From NCBI RefSeq assembly GCF_964355755.1, contig NC_092680.1, positions 22,081,045-22,145,044 on the forward strand: a stretch of 64,000 bases of DNA, given 5' to 3'. This document shows, one piece after another, positions 1 through 15,000 of the stretch; position 1 is the first letter of the stretch, and each line of letters opens with the position of its first letter. The notes under the pieces were generated by a model. It was not told the DNA's origin and made no database searches. It saw only the letters and a program-made list of their open reading frames with translations. The translations under genes and the position numbers were made by a program. The DNA is from Antedon mediterranea. Lineage: Eukaryota > Animalia > Echinodermata.

Positions 1-3000
1 ACTCTACGTACTGCGTCTCCATGGTCACTCTTTGTGGTAGCAAATAGGACCAGATTGATGACGCCATCTATATTTAGGGGAGGAGAAAACACTAAATTGG
101 GAAGGTGATCTATAGGAATATGCCATTCCGTTTGTAGTTTCGTTCCATGTGAGAAAATCGACCCATCTGGTGCTCCTTTGACGATTAGCGTTGTTTCAGT
201 ACTGTAGTTACTCGCATAAGGTACGATTGAAACAGTTAGTTGAACATCACCATCTTCGTCCACGCTGGCTGCTTGTACTCCAACGACCGGAGGCTCAACA
301 GGAGTCGTAACTGATGAAGAGAACAATATTATGTAATTTTTTTTCAACGATGTTTTGTCAGGAACTACATGTATTAGACTTTCTGTGCCAGTCTGTATCT
401 TATTAAGAACTACTATATTGAACTCACCTGAGTTGCAAGCCGATCCGTATCTGTTTGCGTAACAGCTACATAGATTTTGTCCAGTACATGTACCGAATCC
501 CGAACAGTTATTAACAGCAGTACACGAAACTACAAATAAACAAATATCCAGTATGATGAATATACAGTTCCTCTTATACTTTAAAAGTTTTCAGTATTTA
601 ATCGTCTGAACGAAGTACGAAAGTGGGATGTTAAGCACACAACATCCAATAATGTAACTCATATATAATATAGTAACCAAACATACTGACCAGTAACAAC
701 CGGAAAATCGACCGATATGATTCGATTTTCCTCCTGTAGTTCACTGTATGTAGGGTAATTGCCAACGTTGTCTCGTGGAATGGCTATTATATTGTAGGTT
801 ACACCAATAGGTACATCCAGTGTCACAGTTGTGTCAGTGGTCCCTTCAACCAGCAGCTCTGGTTCACCATCTAATTAAAAAAACACATTGCGTTATATAT
901 TTTCTCTGGTGTTACGTAATGACCATTTGCTCTAATGAGTATTGTAGTATTAAGACTATTGCTTATGTTTGTCAGATTTATGTTGATCGACAATATGACA
1001 ATATGACAATATGACAATATGACAATATGAACAGGCAACACATAGAAACAAGAAAAACATTTTACAATTTCAAAAAGATAAGTCATCAACAGACGTGTTT
1101 TCAATGGATCAGTGTGATTAGTGTTTTTTTGGAAGAAAAAAAAATGAAAATAAGGATTGAAAAAGAGTACAAGAAATACGTAATCCCTCCAAATGATTGA
1201 ATTACCTGTATCAGTATAAATGTCAACAAAACTGACACCAGACCCATCATCATTTGTTTCGATATGAATAACAAGTATTCCAGATTCAAGAAAGTCAGTG
1301 TCAACTGTAACATTTACGTCCGGTTTACCAGAATCGATCTGACAACGAAAGATTAGAAATAATGAAATCATTTATCTAACATTTTATTCAGTATTATTGA
1401 AATAAAAACCCAGAAATATAGGTCTACATGTTTCCAAATTATAATATTGTAGCGACACTTAAAATCCTTGCATAATTAACAGGTGTAACTTATTTTAGGC
1501 AACCTATTGTCTGCTCACTCTACCAGAGACCGGCGAACGAGCAGCAAGTCGTTTGTATAGCCGTATTCAAGTTTTGAATTGCCATTGAATTAATTGTTGT
1601 AGGCCTATCCAGTATTTTGAATGTTTTACTTCACGTTCATGATTGACTACCCGGTGCGGAAACACAGGCAGATAGTGTGTAAAGCTAAGAAAGAAGAGTT
1701 AGTTTGATTTTATTTGGAGAATCGAAGCCGCTCGCTTGGTAAGTACCAGGATTTAGGTATTATTGTTTTACTAACTATTTAACATACCGTATTGAATATA
1801 GGTGGTGTCTCTATTGGATCATTGTTATCAAATATTATAGAAGCTTTAGCATCAATGACTGACAGATCAATTGTGCTAACACGTGGCTTCACTCTAAATG
1901 TCACGAAGCCTTGCCCGTCTGTTCCATTTTCTGGGTTAGGTGGCAAAAATCCTTTCAAAGGGTCTGTTGGCATTCGACCTGCAAATAAGTGCAATTGTAC
2001 AGAAAAGTTGTATTTAAAGAAATACGTGTTCCTAGTAGTTAGGCCTATTTTTTTTGTAAATCGCATTTGGATTTATAAATAAAAAAATAAATTAAATATA
2101 ATCTAGATAACAAGCAGTAAATTGATATTTACGTGTTTCTGGGTCAATAGCCCTTAGCTCCCAGACGATTTCACCTTTACCATAGTCCAGCGACGCAGCA
2201 ACCTCCACAAACACTCCAAAAACATCAACAAAGTCTATTCGTTTCTGAAAAAAAAAAATCGCATATAACACAAACAGTGGTAATCATTACTATTTTAAAG
2301 GTTTTAAACTTTAAAATAATTCATTTTAAAGTTTAAAGGTTTTAAACTTTAAAATAATTCATTTTAAAGTTAATTTTATCTTAGTAACGTACTTATTAGA
2401 CCTACCTCATACGAGCCAGCAGGTTGTGTAACTTTGTTAGTAAAGTTTCCAAAACCAAAATCTCCAATTCGAAGAGTTCTGATGTCAATATTGTCATCAA
2501 GTACTGTCGTTACCAACACTCGCTGTGCGGGTGCTGTTGCATTGATATCATTTTCAAATCTAATCTTATAATCAAGATACTCATCTGTGGGCAAAAACCG
2601 TGCATCTCCGTAACCAGCGGGACCGATCATATCGTTCTATGTGACCAAATAAGAATATATAATTTAAACCACTGTTCTTATTGGTCAAATATTCATCAAA
2701 CTAAATGTGATTAAACTCAATACAATAATATCATGATGCAAATACGCACGCGCTCAATACATCTTGCAGTACACCAATTTTCCTAATATTTTAGGCAGTA
2801 TTAGGAAGAGTCCCATAACACTAAAATAAAGATAAATATCAAAACAAACAACAAACCGGGTCAATTGATCTAAGCCATTCAATGATCAGTCCTTCAACAA
2901 GCTGATTGATCAACTCATCACGTCGATCGAATAGGTCTTGGACGTAATCAATCAGTTTGTTTACATTAGATGTAAACAGCGATTCATACGTTTTCTTTAG

Positions 3001-6000
3001 AAATTCGCGTAGTTTATCCACAGATTTCCTGAGTATGTTTTTATGTGCATTTCTTGCTAGTGAACTTAATGTTGCTGCAAGTATAATATTAACAAAACAT
3101 TTTTACTGTGACTATGACATCAACAAAAGCAGACTGATGCTAAATTATCAGATAAATTAACACAAAAAAAATCAATTGAATGTGTGATTGTTGTATTGGT
3201 TGAACGCTATGTCAACTGTGTAAAAATAGAGGACAGAGCCAAATCTAATGTAGCAAACTATTAATGTTAAAAAATCTAACTTAGAATGACAAAGTACAGT
3301 ATTAATACATTAACAGTAATTATTATATAATATTAGCTTCATTAGAACTGATATTCTGAACACAAAAACGATTTAATGTACTCACGTATTGTTGACTTCT
3401 TAAACAACATATCGGCAAATGGTACTTTGGTGAGCACAGCTGAAATGAAACTCTCTTGAACGATTTTCTCATAATCATCAAAGTCATAATCTTTGATATG
3501 TTTTCCTTGTAGAGACTTCTGCAACACGTTCCCAGAACCTGTTATCAAAGCAGCCGCTGCCCACCCTCCTTTGGCCACACTACCAACGGCTCCAGTAACG
3601 GTCGCTGTAACTGCTGCAGTCCAATCAAATGGCTGATCATCTAACAAATATCCGACAACGTATGTACCTAAGCCAAATGCACCCCCAATTACAAACACCG
3701 GTACTGTCCCTTTTGGATCAATTCCCGAAAGAGGATCATTGTTTAGATACGCGTACGAGTTGTACGATTTTCCGTTTATGCCTAGTGGGTCTGGGGACAA
3801 AAACCGGCCATGACGATGGTCGTACACACGGGCTCTCATATTGTAAAGATGTGAAACTCCGTCCATTTGTCGTACTCCCCATTGACCAATGAATGTAAAC
3901 TTATTGATGACTCCTTCAGTCTTTGTAATTATACCGCCAAATGGATCATACTGATAAATGTTTATAGAATTCCCATCTGCATCTGTCATTGCTCTTGTTG
4001 ATCTAAACGTATTAGAATAATAAGACAATAAAACAAAGAACACAGAATAACATAAGTATAATAGGTTGATCATGGGTATAAGAACGTTGATACTGAATGA
4101 AATTGTCGCAACAAAAATTACAGAGCATTGTCTAACGTTGGTTATTCGTTAACTTACCCTAGTCTGTCAAAATGGTAGTAAAATACTTGATCAAATACCT
4201 GATTCTCGTACTTCTTTAGCGCAACCAATCCATTTTGTCCAGCAAAGACGTATTTTAGGAGTCTGTCAGCGGTTTCCTGTGGATGATTATATAGATTTAC
4301 TGAGCTACATATATATTAATTTTTATTTTTTATTTTATTTCAACTACATCCAACAGCGAAAAATCGCCAATTATAGGATGCCTTAAAAATATTAGATATA
4401 AATATATACATAAAAACACATAAAAATACAATACGAAACATACAAAAATGTCAAAATTAAATAGCTTAAAGAATGTTAGATCTAAAATTGACAAACTGTC
4501 AAAAAATATCGATAGCCATTACAAAAATACATTCATATAAAAATATACATAAAGAGCAGTCAAATGATGAACAATGAAGATCGTCTTGTTATGGTATGCC
4601 ATGGTAGATATTATTAATAATACTATAAACATTTACCTCAGAGATAATTTCTGCACCAAAATATCCGAACGGATCAACAAGAATTTGTGTTGTTTTTCCA
4701 TCACATGTGGATCGGTATATGTTTCCAAGAGCATCGTATTCCAGACTGCAATCTTGCTCTGCTGTAGAATACTCTTGAAGTCGATTATCATCACTAAACG
4801 TGTAACTTTCTGTGTCTCCGTATATATTGTCAGGTTGTATCTTTGCAAGGTTTCCGTTTAAATCATATGACCAATATTCACCCTTTCCATAACTTGCATA
4901 TTGGTTCAGATTATTAACAGCATATGCTTTTGAGTTATCATTTATTGTTAATATACGTCTATTTCCTGCGTCATCGTATTTTACTTCTGTTGATTTTCCC
5001 GTAGGATCTGTCCAGGATATTATCTGTGAAGCTGAATCGTATCCGTATGTCCAAACTCCATCTGATGAATTCAACACTCTAAGTCTGTTACGTTGATCGA
5101 ATTCGTAGACCTCTGACATCAGATTAGCTTGGTTTGCATCTATACATGACGTAACTTGACTTTCTACTGTGGTGTCTGTGTAGCTATAAATCGTTGAGCA
5201 GTTGTTTCCCGTTTTTCGTTCAATCATTCGTTGCTTGTTATCGTATTGTAACTGCATTAACTCTTGTCTTTTTGCAGAACCTTCATCTACAACACTTACC
5301 AGTCTGTCTAAATCATCGTATATGTACCTTATGTCATAGTCTTGGTTATTAGCATCGTAAATACGCGTTCTTAGATAACGGTCATATTCGTACACCAATT
5401 CTCTACCATTTGGATATGTTACTGACAATGGGAAACCATCTGTGTTGTATCTAATAAAGATTGTACCAATAGAATTAGTAGCCTGTGTTACAAATCCCCG
5501 ATGGTCATACTGGTAATACGTAGGATCTTCGTCTGGTATCTTTTTATAAACAAGATTACCAGCTTCATTGTGATTGAACTCTGTCATCTCGCCAGCTCGT
5601 GATTTGAAACTACTTATGTGACCATTTTCATCATAGTTCACCACCTCAGTTGTCATGTCAGGGTATGTAATAACCGATTGTGTTTCATCATAGGTTCCAG
5701 TTCGTATATTACCATTTCCATCTTCGATGGCCAGTATGTCTCCGTTTGACGAATAACTGATGGACGTTTCTACTCCATTTGGATCAGTTTCTAGAAAAAC
5801 TCCAGTCGAAGCATCATAAGTTTCTTTTCTTATGACCTATGGAAATTTAAACAAAATGAAAGCCTATAAAGCTTGATATAGGCCTAATTAAGATCTATAG
5901 TAGAAAGGTGCAAAATAACTACCTGATCTCCAGCGTAAATTGTTTTCACTTCGCTTCCATAATCACGAATAAATCTATAGGACAATCTACCTACAGTTTT

Positions 6001-9000
6001 CACATATGCAGCATTGGCATTCTCATCAAAGATAACTGTGGTTTGATCGTTACTTGGCAAATGATCAGAATCTACTCTGCCGTTACCGTTGTTGTTGAAT
6101 TCCAGGCTAGACTCTACGTTACCGTCTGCTGAATTTCTAGATGACCCAGTGTAAAGTTTCATTTCATCGTATACGTATATCTGTGTAGAACCATCAGAGA
6201 ATGTAACATACTGGAGTGCACCATCATTTGTATAATCGTAGTGTGTTACTTGACCGTTAATGTCTGCTGACAGTAAAAACTGAGAGTCGATATCATATCG
6301 ATAACTGTTGAGAACAATGGTAAACATGTGTTAACAAAATTTAGACGAAACATGAAACAAAATACCCGCCCCCACCCAAAAACAAAACCCTAACAGAAAC
6401 ACAAATATCAAATACAGACACACACGTTAGAATTTTAATTGTTAGTAGCATTTCTACCAGCTCGTTTCAGTACTTAATTTTTCCAATTCGTGACTGTTCT
6501 TGGTTGTCGCAAAGGCAATGCTCATTGCACTTTTAGTAACTTTAACGAATTTAAAAACAGGTTAAACTAATAATACTATTTACTTTGCCAGAAGATCCTC
6601 TTGTCCTGGTGATATCATTGTAACAGTTTCAATCAAGCCAGCGTTATTGTACACAAAATTAATAGAAACATCAGCCGTTGAGACAATCCGTTTTAAAAGG
6701 TTCTGTTCATAGTAGAAATTCAGCCGGGTTTTATCCAAATCATTATCTATATACTGCAGAAGTTTACTTGTCTTGTCGAAGTGGTAGTAGGTGACAATAG
6801 AAGACTTCCTGTCAGCAAATATTATTTCTTGAAATAGAAAACAGAGTTAGCGTTATAAATGTTAATGCTATTAAAGTGAAATTTGTAACAAATGCGAAAC
6901 ACACAAGTGTTACATCCATATCAGGCTTATGACGTAATTATGTAATATTTGATTCGATCATAACGTAATTTACTTATTGTATCAATACAAGCAAATGCCA
7001 TTATTACAAATAAAGGCACAGTGGGCCAACTTGCTTGAATATTCTACATTGTTGATATTGCATTGTATTGCATAATATTCTATAATAAAAAGAAATATAG
7101 TTACCATCAGATTTTATTTCGATCGTTCCGACTGACGAATGTTCATAGAAGTTGTAATTAACTACAGAGAATGAATTTACTATATATCCAAATTGGAGTT
7201 TGACATATTCACTAGTGATTTCCTTCAACCTCGTATCACTACAATGAAAAAAAGACGAAGTTTATTAGGTTTAATTGCAGTACAACAATTGTGTTATAAC
7301 TATTTTCATTCATGATTACAGTTGTACAAAAGAAATCGTATACGTCTTTAGTTTTTCAACGAGCTATGTGTGAAAAGATAAGGCTACTTACACATATTTT
7401 ATTCTCCATCCACGTCCAAAAGAACCGACATATTCTCGATGTGAAATCAAAGCACTAATCTCTCTTTCTAGTTCTAGTTCGTTGAAACCAGTATAGGGAT
7501 AAGATACCTTCAAATCAATGTTAGCGTACAGTGATACACCTGATAAAATACCATCAGAAAGGTTGATAATGTAATCCACTAGCAGGGTCGTATCAATCGG
7601 CCGGCGTTCAATTAAACTCAGCTGATTGGCGGTTGACGAAAGTTGTTGCGTTAAAGTTAATTGTGTTGTTCCTACAAAACTGATAAAATTCATCCAAATT
7701 TGATCCCAGGCCACTTGATCTATGTCGCTTGGTTGAAGAGAGTCTTTACTGTCGACATAGAAGTGGTTAACATTAGATGATGGCTTAAGTTCAACCATTC
7801 TAATTTGAATATTTTCGGTATCAAAACTTTCTGGTAGTATATATATTGCAACTTGTGCATAGCCGCCAGGGGGCAGAATTCCACCAGGTCCTTCCTGAGG
7901 TGTTGCGTAAATAGTATGCGCTGATTGCAATTCAGATGTGTAAGAACCCCGGATTAGTTGAGCGCTGGCATCACCGATCACTTCAAAAAGAACTATTGGA
8001 GTGGGAACATCTGTGTTACCAATATTCTGAATGAATAGTGACAGTATTGCTGTTTCCTGTGGGCGAAGAGCTCCTGGAGAGTTTAGTCTCATATTGACTG
8101 TTCCAGGTATTCCCTCAATTATTCTTAGATTTTGTAATGATGTTGTCTGAAGGTTCGAATTATAACGATCTACTATCTGGAAAAACCATAACGAATCAAT
8201 ACCTAATCCAGACAGATTGAAAGTTGCGTACACCTCTAACGAAGAAAAATGATAGACGTCAATAGCTTCAATCTTTGTTTCGTTGTTTGGCAGTGTCAGG
8301 TAAACAAATTCCTCCTCTGAAAATAAGGTGCCTGAGATTTTTATGGTCGTAGTGCCGTAAGGGGCTGCGGATTGTGGAAAAATATCAAGTATTTCTAGTT
8401 TTGCATATTTAACGGTCAATGTTATATCGGATTGGTATTCGCTGTCTTCATTAGCCAGAATACTTCCAAGATTTCTTGCCAAAACATAGTAGTCTCCAGC
8501 CTTTGAATTAGATATTGCTGTATCTTGATCTGCCACAAGAAAATCTTGTCCAGTTGCATCGTAATTTCCAGGTGTTACAATTTCACCGTATTTAACATAC
8601 AATTCATTAAAATCTGTAACCGTATTGCTTCGTAATGAAATGATCAATGTCTTTTCTGCCTGGATATCTCTTATACGAAATACTCGTCTTTCAAAACGTC
8701 CTAATTTGAATGTATACGGCACATCAAGAAATAGCTGATCCATATCTACTACAGTTGGAGTTACAGCTACGGCAATATTATTTTTTAGATCAGGATCCCT
8801 GATGTTACTTCGTGTTCTAACTATAGTATTATAGCTAATAGGATTCACTAATGGTAATGACGTCACCATGGAATAATCTTGTCCATTAGCAGCTAGACCT
8901 GGTAGATTAATTGATGAGCACGTGATCCCCAGCTCTTCATCGTCAATAGACCACTTATCATCAACAGATAAATATGTCGCATCACATTTGTATCCTCTGG

Positions 9001-12000
9001 CATCCAGCGAACCGTTGTTAATAAGTGACCATTGAACAGTAATATCATTGTTATATTTTAAAGTTGATGGAGATGACTGGACAGAAGTTACGACGATATC
9101 TGTAGATACAGTTTCTTCAATGTCGACTTGTGTATATGCGTCGTTATTTTGGTTGTTTTCTTCATACAAATCATTCCTACTATCAATCTTCACAAGAATG
9201 TAATAGCCCGCTGATGGTATATCGAACGGCATAAACACTTCAAGCAACACATTTTGCGTTTTATTCGCCTCAATGTCTAAAATAGTACTCGCACTCAAAA
9301 GTGTTCGGTCAAATGGGTCAAGATTTGTATCTTGGCTTAAGTACACACTATTATAAATGGTTTGGTTTGCGACACCTAATCCAAAGCTAGTGATGTTTAA
9401 TTGGAGAAAAAATGGCTCACCGGAACGGATGGAAGATTCCAATAAATTGATAAAAGGCACAATATCCGGTAAAGGAGCTGGAAGTACTATGATTTGATTA
9501 GATGATTTAAAAATATTGTTGTCTATATTGATGTCTTCCACGCTAAACTGGGTATCTACTTGGATAAAAATCGTGTATGTTCCCGTAATACCAAAAGGAA
9601 GCGTTACAGCTGCATTTACTGCATATGATCCATCATAGCCTAAGCTGCCGATGTGGCGTATTTCGACCAGGGTCAAAGAACCAGATGATATCTGTGGGTC
9701 TTTACTTAGAATGATAGAATCTGTCCAGGAACTAGCCCGGGTTGCCCCACCATTATTAATCACCTGAAAGCTAATCATTATTTGTTGACCAGCAGTTATA
9801 GAATTCGGATAATTATCTATAACATTAGTTATTTCTAGATCTGGTTTTGGTATCAATGGAATATCAACTGGTATATTGGCATCAAAAATAGGTAGCGTTT
9901 CTAACTCTATGTAAGTAAGAGTTTTGTAGTAATCGGGAATCACATACACATAGAATGTACCACCATTTATGCTATCAGGTATGACAAACGTTTTTGACAC
10001 GTTGTAAATTTGACCAGAATACAATCTAGATCCAGTTTGTACAGTACCGATTACAATACCGGTTGGAAATTCCGTAACACCCTTTTCAGTCGTGATGATA
10101 ACAGCATCTGACCAAGTGCGTGATTTAAACATTGAATTACCCGAATTTCGTATTGACCATGTCACTGACAAATAGCGCGTCGACGTCGTGAAATCATTAG
10201 TCTGACGACGTTTTCTTCTTTGTTGGTTGTTTAGCACATTATACTGCAAGTTGAATACGCCAAGCTGTGCAGACGGTGGTAATGAAACGTCAAGTTCCTC
10301 AATGCGATTTTTAAATGTATCACGTGCAATGAGGTCTCTGTTATTATCTAATTCTGTTAAAATAAACAGTGTACCCCATATATCATCTGGTAAAGTAAAC
10401 TGTATCGCAGATGTGTAAGATTCCTCAGGTTTTAACGAGTTTACTTGCTCCTTTGATCCTAATAAAATCGCCGAAGAATCGATATAATTTAGCCTAGAAA
10501 GGTAAACTGTGTCCGTCCATTCATTTTCACTTGTCACCCATGTTCCTTCATTGAATACTACCCACTCAAATTCAAGCTCCTCGCCAGCCAGCGCTTTATA
10601 CTCACTACCACCATTGAGTGTTGTGCCAGTTACGACTAAATTAGATATTCGCTCCTGGAGAATAAGTTTAACAGAACGAGCATTATTTGCATCGTCTTCT
10701 TCTATAACACGATTTTGATAGTCGGAGTAACATATTAGGTTGTATTCACCAGAGTATCGTTGAGACAAATCTATTTTAGTTTTTACTAGATATAACGAGT
10801 CTGGGAGAAATCCCACTGATTCTTCATTCTCGTCACCAAGTCTGTGAGTCACCTCACCAACTGTCTGAGAGTAATCAGTTGTAGAACTTTTGGATAGGTA
10901 CAATCGATCAGTCCAAGAACCAACTCCAGGTTTACCTACGCCATTGTTCATGACACGCCAACTGACTTCCAACCACGCCGAATCAGCTTCAATGTCAAAC
11001 ATTTGGCTTGCGTTGAGAAAGTCTATTTGAAAATCTGGTAACTTTTGCTGAATGTTCAACGGTTTGTATTGGACATTGTTACTGTCACTATCAAATTCAA
11101 AAACTTGGTTTCTGTGATCGATATGAATAGTAAGGTTGTAAAGCCCCGTCGAATAATCTGATGGTATCTTAAAAGTAGCTTCTCTGTCATATCTGTCGTC
11201 AATTAGTAAATCTCCTGAAAATGTTTGAGTTGAAATAACCTTTGACTCTATGTTTGTTCCAGATATCGTCTGAAATAGTAATTAAAATGGTAGAATATAG
11301 GTGTTCATAAATTTGATTCAAATTAAATTAATAGATTTAAACTTGTTAGTATATATTGTAATTATCCTGACATACTGTAGGCCTATGCAAAAATACAACA
11401 AATACTAATACAATTAAATCTCTCCGAAACCGAAAACTTTCCATTGTACAATATTAATAAACTGAAAATGTAAATAACACCCGATACTCGTAATGTTTAT
11501 CTTTCATTACCAGACGATCTTCCCAGAAATTTTCAAACGGTTCTTCTGTAGCCTTATTCTCGCCAGACCATAATATCGTTATGGACTCTGTAGACTCGGC
11601 ATTTTCAGGAAATTCGAACACAGTAGGCACAAGATCTGGCTGCTGACCGATGAAAACTAGAATAGCACTCTAATAACACAAACAAAATAGAATAGAATGA
11701 TGTAAAACAAAATGGTATTAGTTTAGTTGTTTTGAGTCGATGATTTAAATATTATACGCCAGGGAGCTATCATAATTATCATGCCTAATTAACAATTAAA
11801 ATTAACGATAAATTCTTGTTGGTGCAGTGTCCGATGGTTCATTGGGTTTAAATATAATACTCAATTAAGTACTTATATGTTATTGCCATCTTGTACTGTA
11901 TTTCAAAATGGATCAAATATTTCCTTTAGAAACTTACATCAGAATACTTTCCATTGTTTTCTTCATTAAAGTGCTCGTACACACTGTTGGTGGTGTCTGT

Positions 12001-15000
12001 CTCTACGTAGATCCAAAATGCACCTTCTAATTTTCGTGGTATAGTAACCGTTTGCCAAACAGTGTACTCTTCATTTGGAGCAATACCGTTGCTACGAGGT
12101 ACTCTTGCAAGTTCAGTATCAAGTGTTAATGTAGTATTGCTAGTCATCAAATATATTGTGTCGTAGATAGTTGTTGGTTTTGTGGCCGTAAACCCAGCGT
12201 TAATTACAATGAATCCCACTTCAATGTCTTTTCCTGATGCTAAATCAAAATAAACCAAATTGATAATCAACATTTGTAAGTATGTTTACATTACTTTATT
12301 GCTTTTGTTTAAACATTTTGTGTAAAGTTTACAATCGGATGATATGCACTATATACAAGATGAATCAGAATGTGTACAATACCTGTACGTGTTGATTCTG
12401 GCACAAACACTTCCTTCACTTGTAAATCTGGTGGTGGTGTTAGTTTTACGTCTACCGGCGTTTCACTTCGTCCAATGTTATTTGAGGTGTCAATATCGTC
12501 AGAGATATATCTGTATTCATCCGCGTATACAAATACGTAGAAAGTCCCTAGGTCATCATCTGCTAATTCAAATGTTGCTGATGCCATATATCCATCATTC
12601 GGATCCAGGAATCGTATTTGTTCTTGTCTTACTCTCCACGACAAGCTAGCTGAAAATGTTTGACTGGGTGATAGATAGACAGTATCAAACCACCTAGAAG
12701 TAGTACTGCCTCTGAATCCGATGTTTTTAATTGTCCAAGATACTGTCATCTCTTCACCTGATCGCTCTTCAGGTTGGACGTAAACCTCAGTGACTGTGAT
12801 GTCAGGATAGGTCTCTGTTTCAAATCCCCAAATTGGACTTGGTATAAAAGATACGTTTAAGAACGTACTTGTAGCATAATCTAATATGTAGTCAACTTGC
12901 CATAGATATTTCGTATTTTGCGTAAACAGATCAACAGGGTAGTAAAATAATGAAGTCAGAAATATCCCATCTGGCTTGGGTTCATCGTTAGGCCAAACGT
13001 ACAGTTTATAAGATTGAGATCCAGGATAAGCAGGCCATTCCAAGGTTTCGCCTAGATCAACATTTACCTGCCCTATGATGGGTTGCACTGGGAGTTGTAA
13101 TGGTAACACTCGAATTGTTTGAAGCTCAGTAATGACATTTCCACAGTCATCAGAAATAGTCCAACTTCTTATAAATTCAGTGTCACATTGAACAATGTCC
13201 ATAGAATCTACATATGTTACGGTCATTTCTCTTCCACATTCATGTTCCAAAATGCCCTCTGAAATAAGTTGATAGGAATCGGTTTTTCCTGCAAGTGAAT
13301 CGCCACATGGAACTAACACATTGCTTTCTATGTTGTATATTGGAGGACGAGCATTGAGAATGTTCAATAACTGTGTTGATGTTGCCGAATTGAGGGCGTC
13401 ATCCACTGCTGTCCATACCCTATTAATTGTACATTGCTGATCGGGAGAATCTTTGTATTCAAGTTCAGGAGTAATATCTTGCGTATCACTAACTACAGGA
13501 GTCCCAGTTGTAAAAGGTGAAAAGTCGTCACCGCAGTTTATTGTAACGGACTGAAGCGTTTCGATAGTAGGTGGTGACAGATCTTGAAGTAAAAGAACAC
13601 ATTTTTAAAGAAATTGCTCGCTAAAATCTATATTATCTTATTACCCCCAATATATATATATTCAATTGTAGTATTTGCCGGTGTAGCGTACGCATGTGAG
13701 TTTTAACTTATAGTACTGTACAAGAAGCTGGCAAAAAAGCTACTAAACTTAACTTTTTCGAAATATAATCTTTTATATAATTGCAAATTATTTGGTTCTT
13801 AGGATATATTTTGTTTGTTACTTACCAACTAACCAGGAATACTCAACAAATGTTCCTATGTTACCAACTTGGTCTATCCCTCTTACGCGAAGTTTATGCG
13901 ATCCTTCCATTAAGATGTCAGTTGTAAAAGAACTGGAACATTGTACAAAATTTGGTGTGTCACCATGACGAAACACACTACAATCATACAAACAAGGGTA
14001 TTCGTTGCACCTGAATCGAAATACTGGTTGTTCCACATTACTTTGAGTAGATGGTTTTGAGGTAATTGATACTACTGGAGCTGTTAAATCTACAAAGGCA
14101 TATGGTTGCGTTAACAATTTGCACACATTTCACAATAATTGCATACAGTATAGTTTAAAAGTAATACTGTAGTTACCTATAGACCAGTAGTGTAGTGATG
14201 ATGCAGCTACGTTGCCAGAGATGTCAGTCCCAGTAACATACAAATCATAGCGGCCTTCAGGTAAATCGACAGCGGACCAAGTGTGGTTGACACAGTTAAC
14301 TGTTTCAATCATACCAGATGGTCTACTTAAAGTACAGGTAGATGACGACTCTTCATTATATGTCCAACTTATTGTTATATTTCCACTTGTTTTCGATGGT
14401 CTTTCAATAAATTCAAGAACAGGTGGTGTACTGTTCTCTTTAAAAAGACAAAGAATATCAAAATAAATGCAGCTCGTATTCCAATGAAAGGGAAGTCGAG
14501 CGTGTTGATCTTTATTTGGAAATCATCAATGCTTGAATGACAATAATTCCACATGTGGACAATAATTGTTAAGTAAGGTTTATTGAACGATATTGAAATA
14601 ATTGATATGTAACCTTGTAACTACAGTGAAATCAAACAAGCACAGTAATATTTGTATAAATCAATTTTGTTTAAATCTATTTTTATACCTCCATGTACAA
14701 ATCACACAAGAGAGTTTGCTGCCCTCAAACTTAACTACTGGACAAAACTTGTAATGAACATGCAATAGAATGACAATCTTACTTAACTTAAAGACCCCTT
14801 CCCTGCAATTTTGGACGTTTTTTGGAAAATAATACATATATATCACTTTAAAAACATTAAACCATGTCATTCCTTGTCTTAAATGTACGTTTTATGGTAA
14901 ATTATGATAAAAAGTGAGAAACAATGCACTACCTAAGTAGCTCGCGGCGATCAACCTCTCGTGGATGGTCTTAGGCCTAGCCTGGCTAGGCTTAGTTTTT

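Noticed and set aside
986-1030. (GACAATAT)n microsatellite and small intronic duplications near 2290-2370 and 18180-18290
   Set aside because: Ordinary short slippage repeats with no link to splice sites.
3342-6827. Teneurin
   Set aside because: No N-terminal TM/EGF cluster or NHL propeller; it has a signal peptide and CARDB repeats instead.
3342-13406. Bacterial contaminant or operon of separate RHS/CARDB genes
   Set aside because: The ORFs are exons bounded by GT-AG sites that join in frame into one gene with host-type introns.
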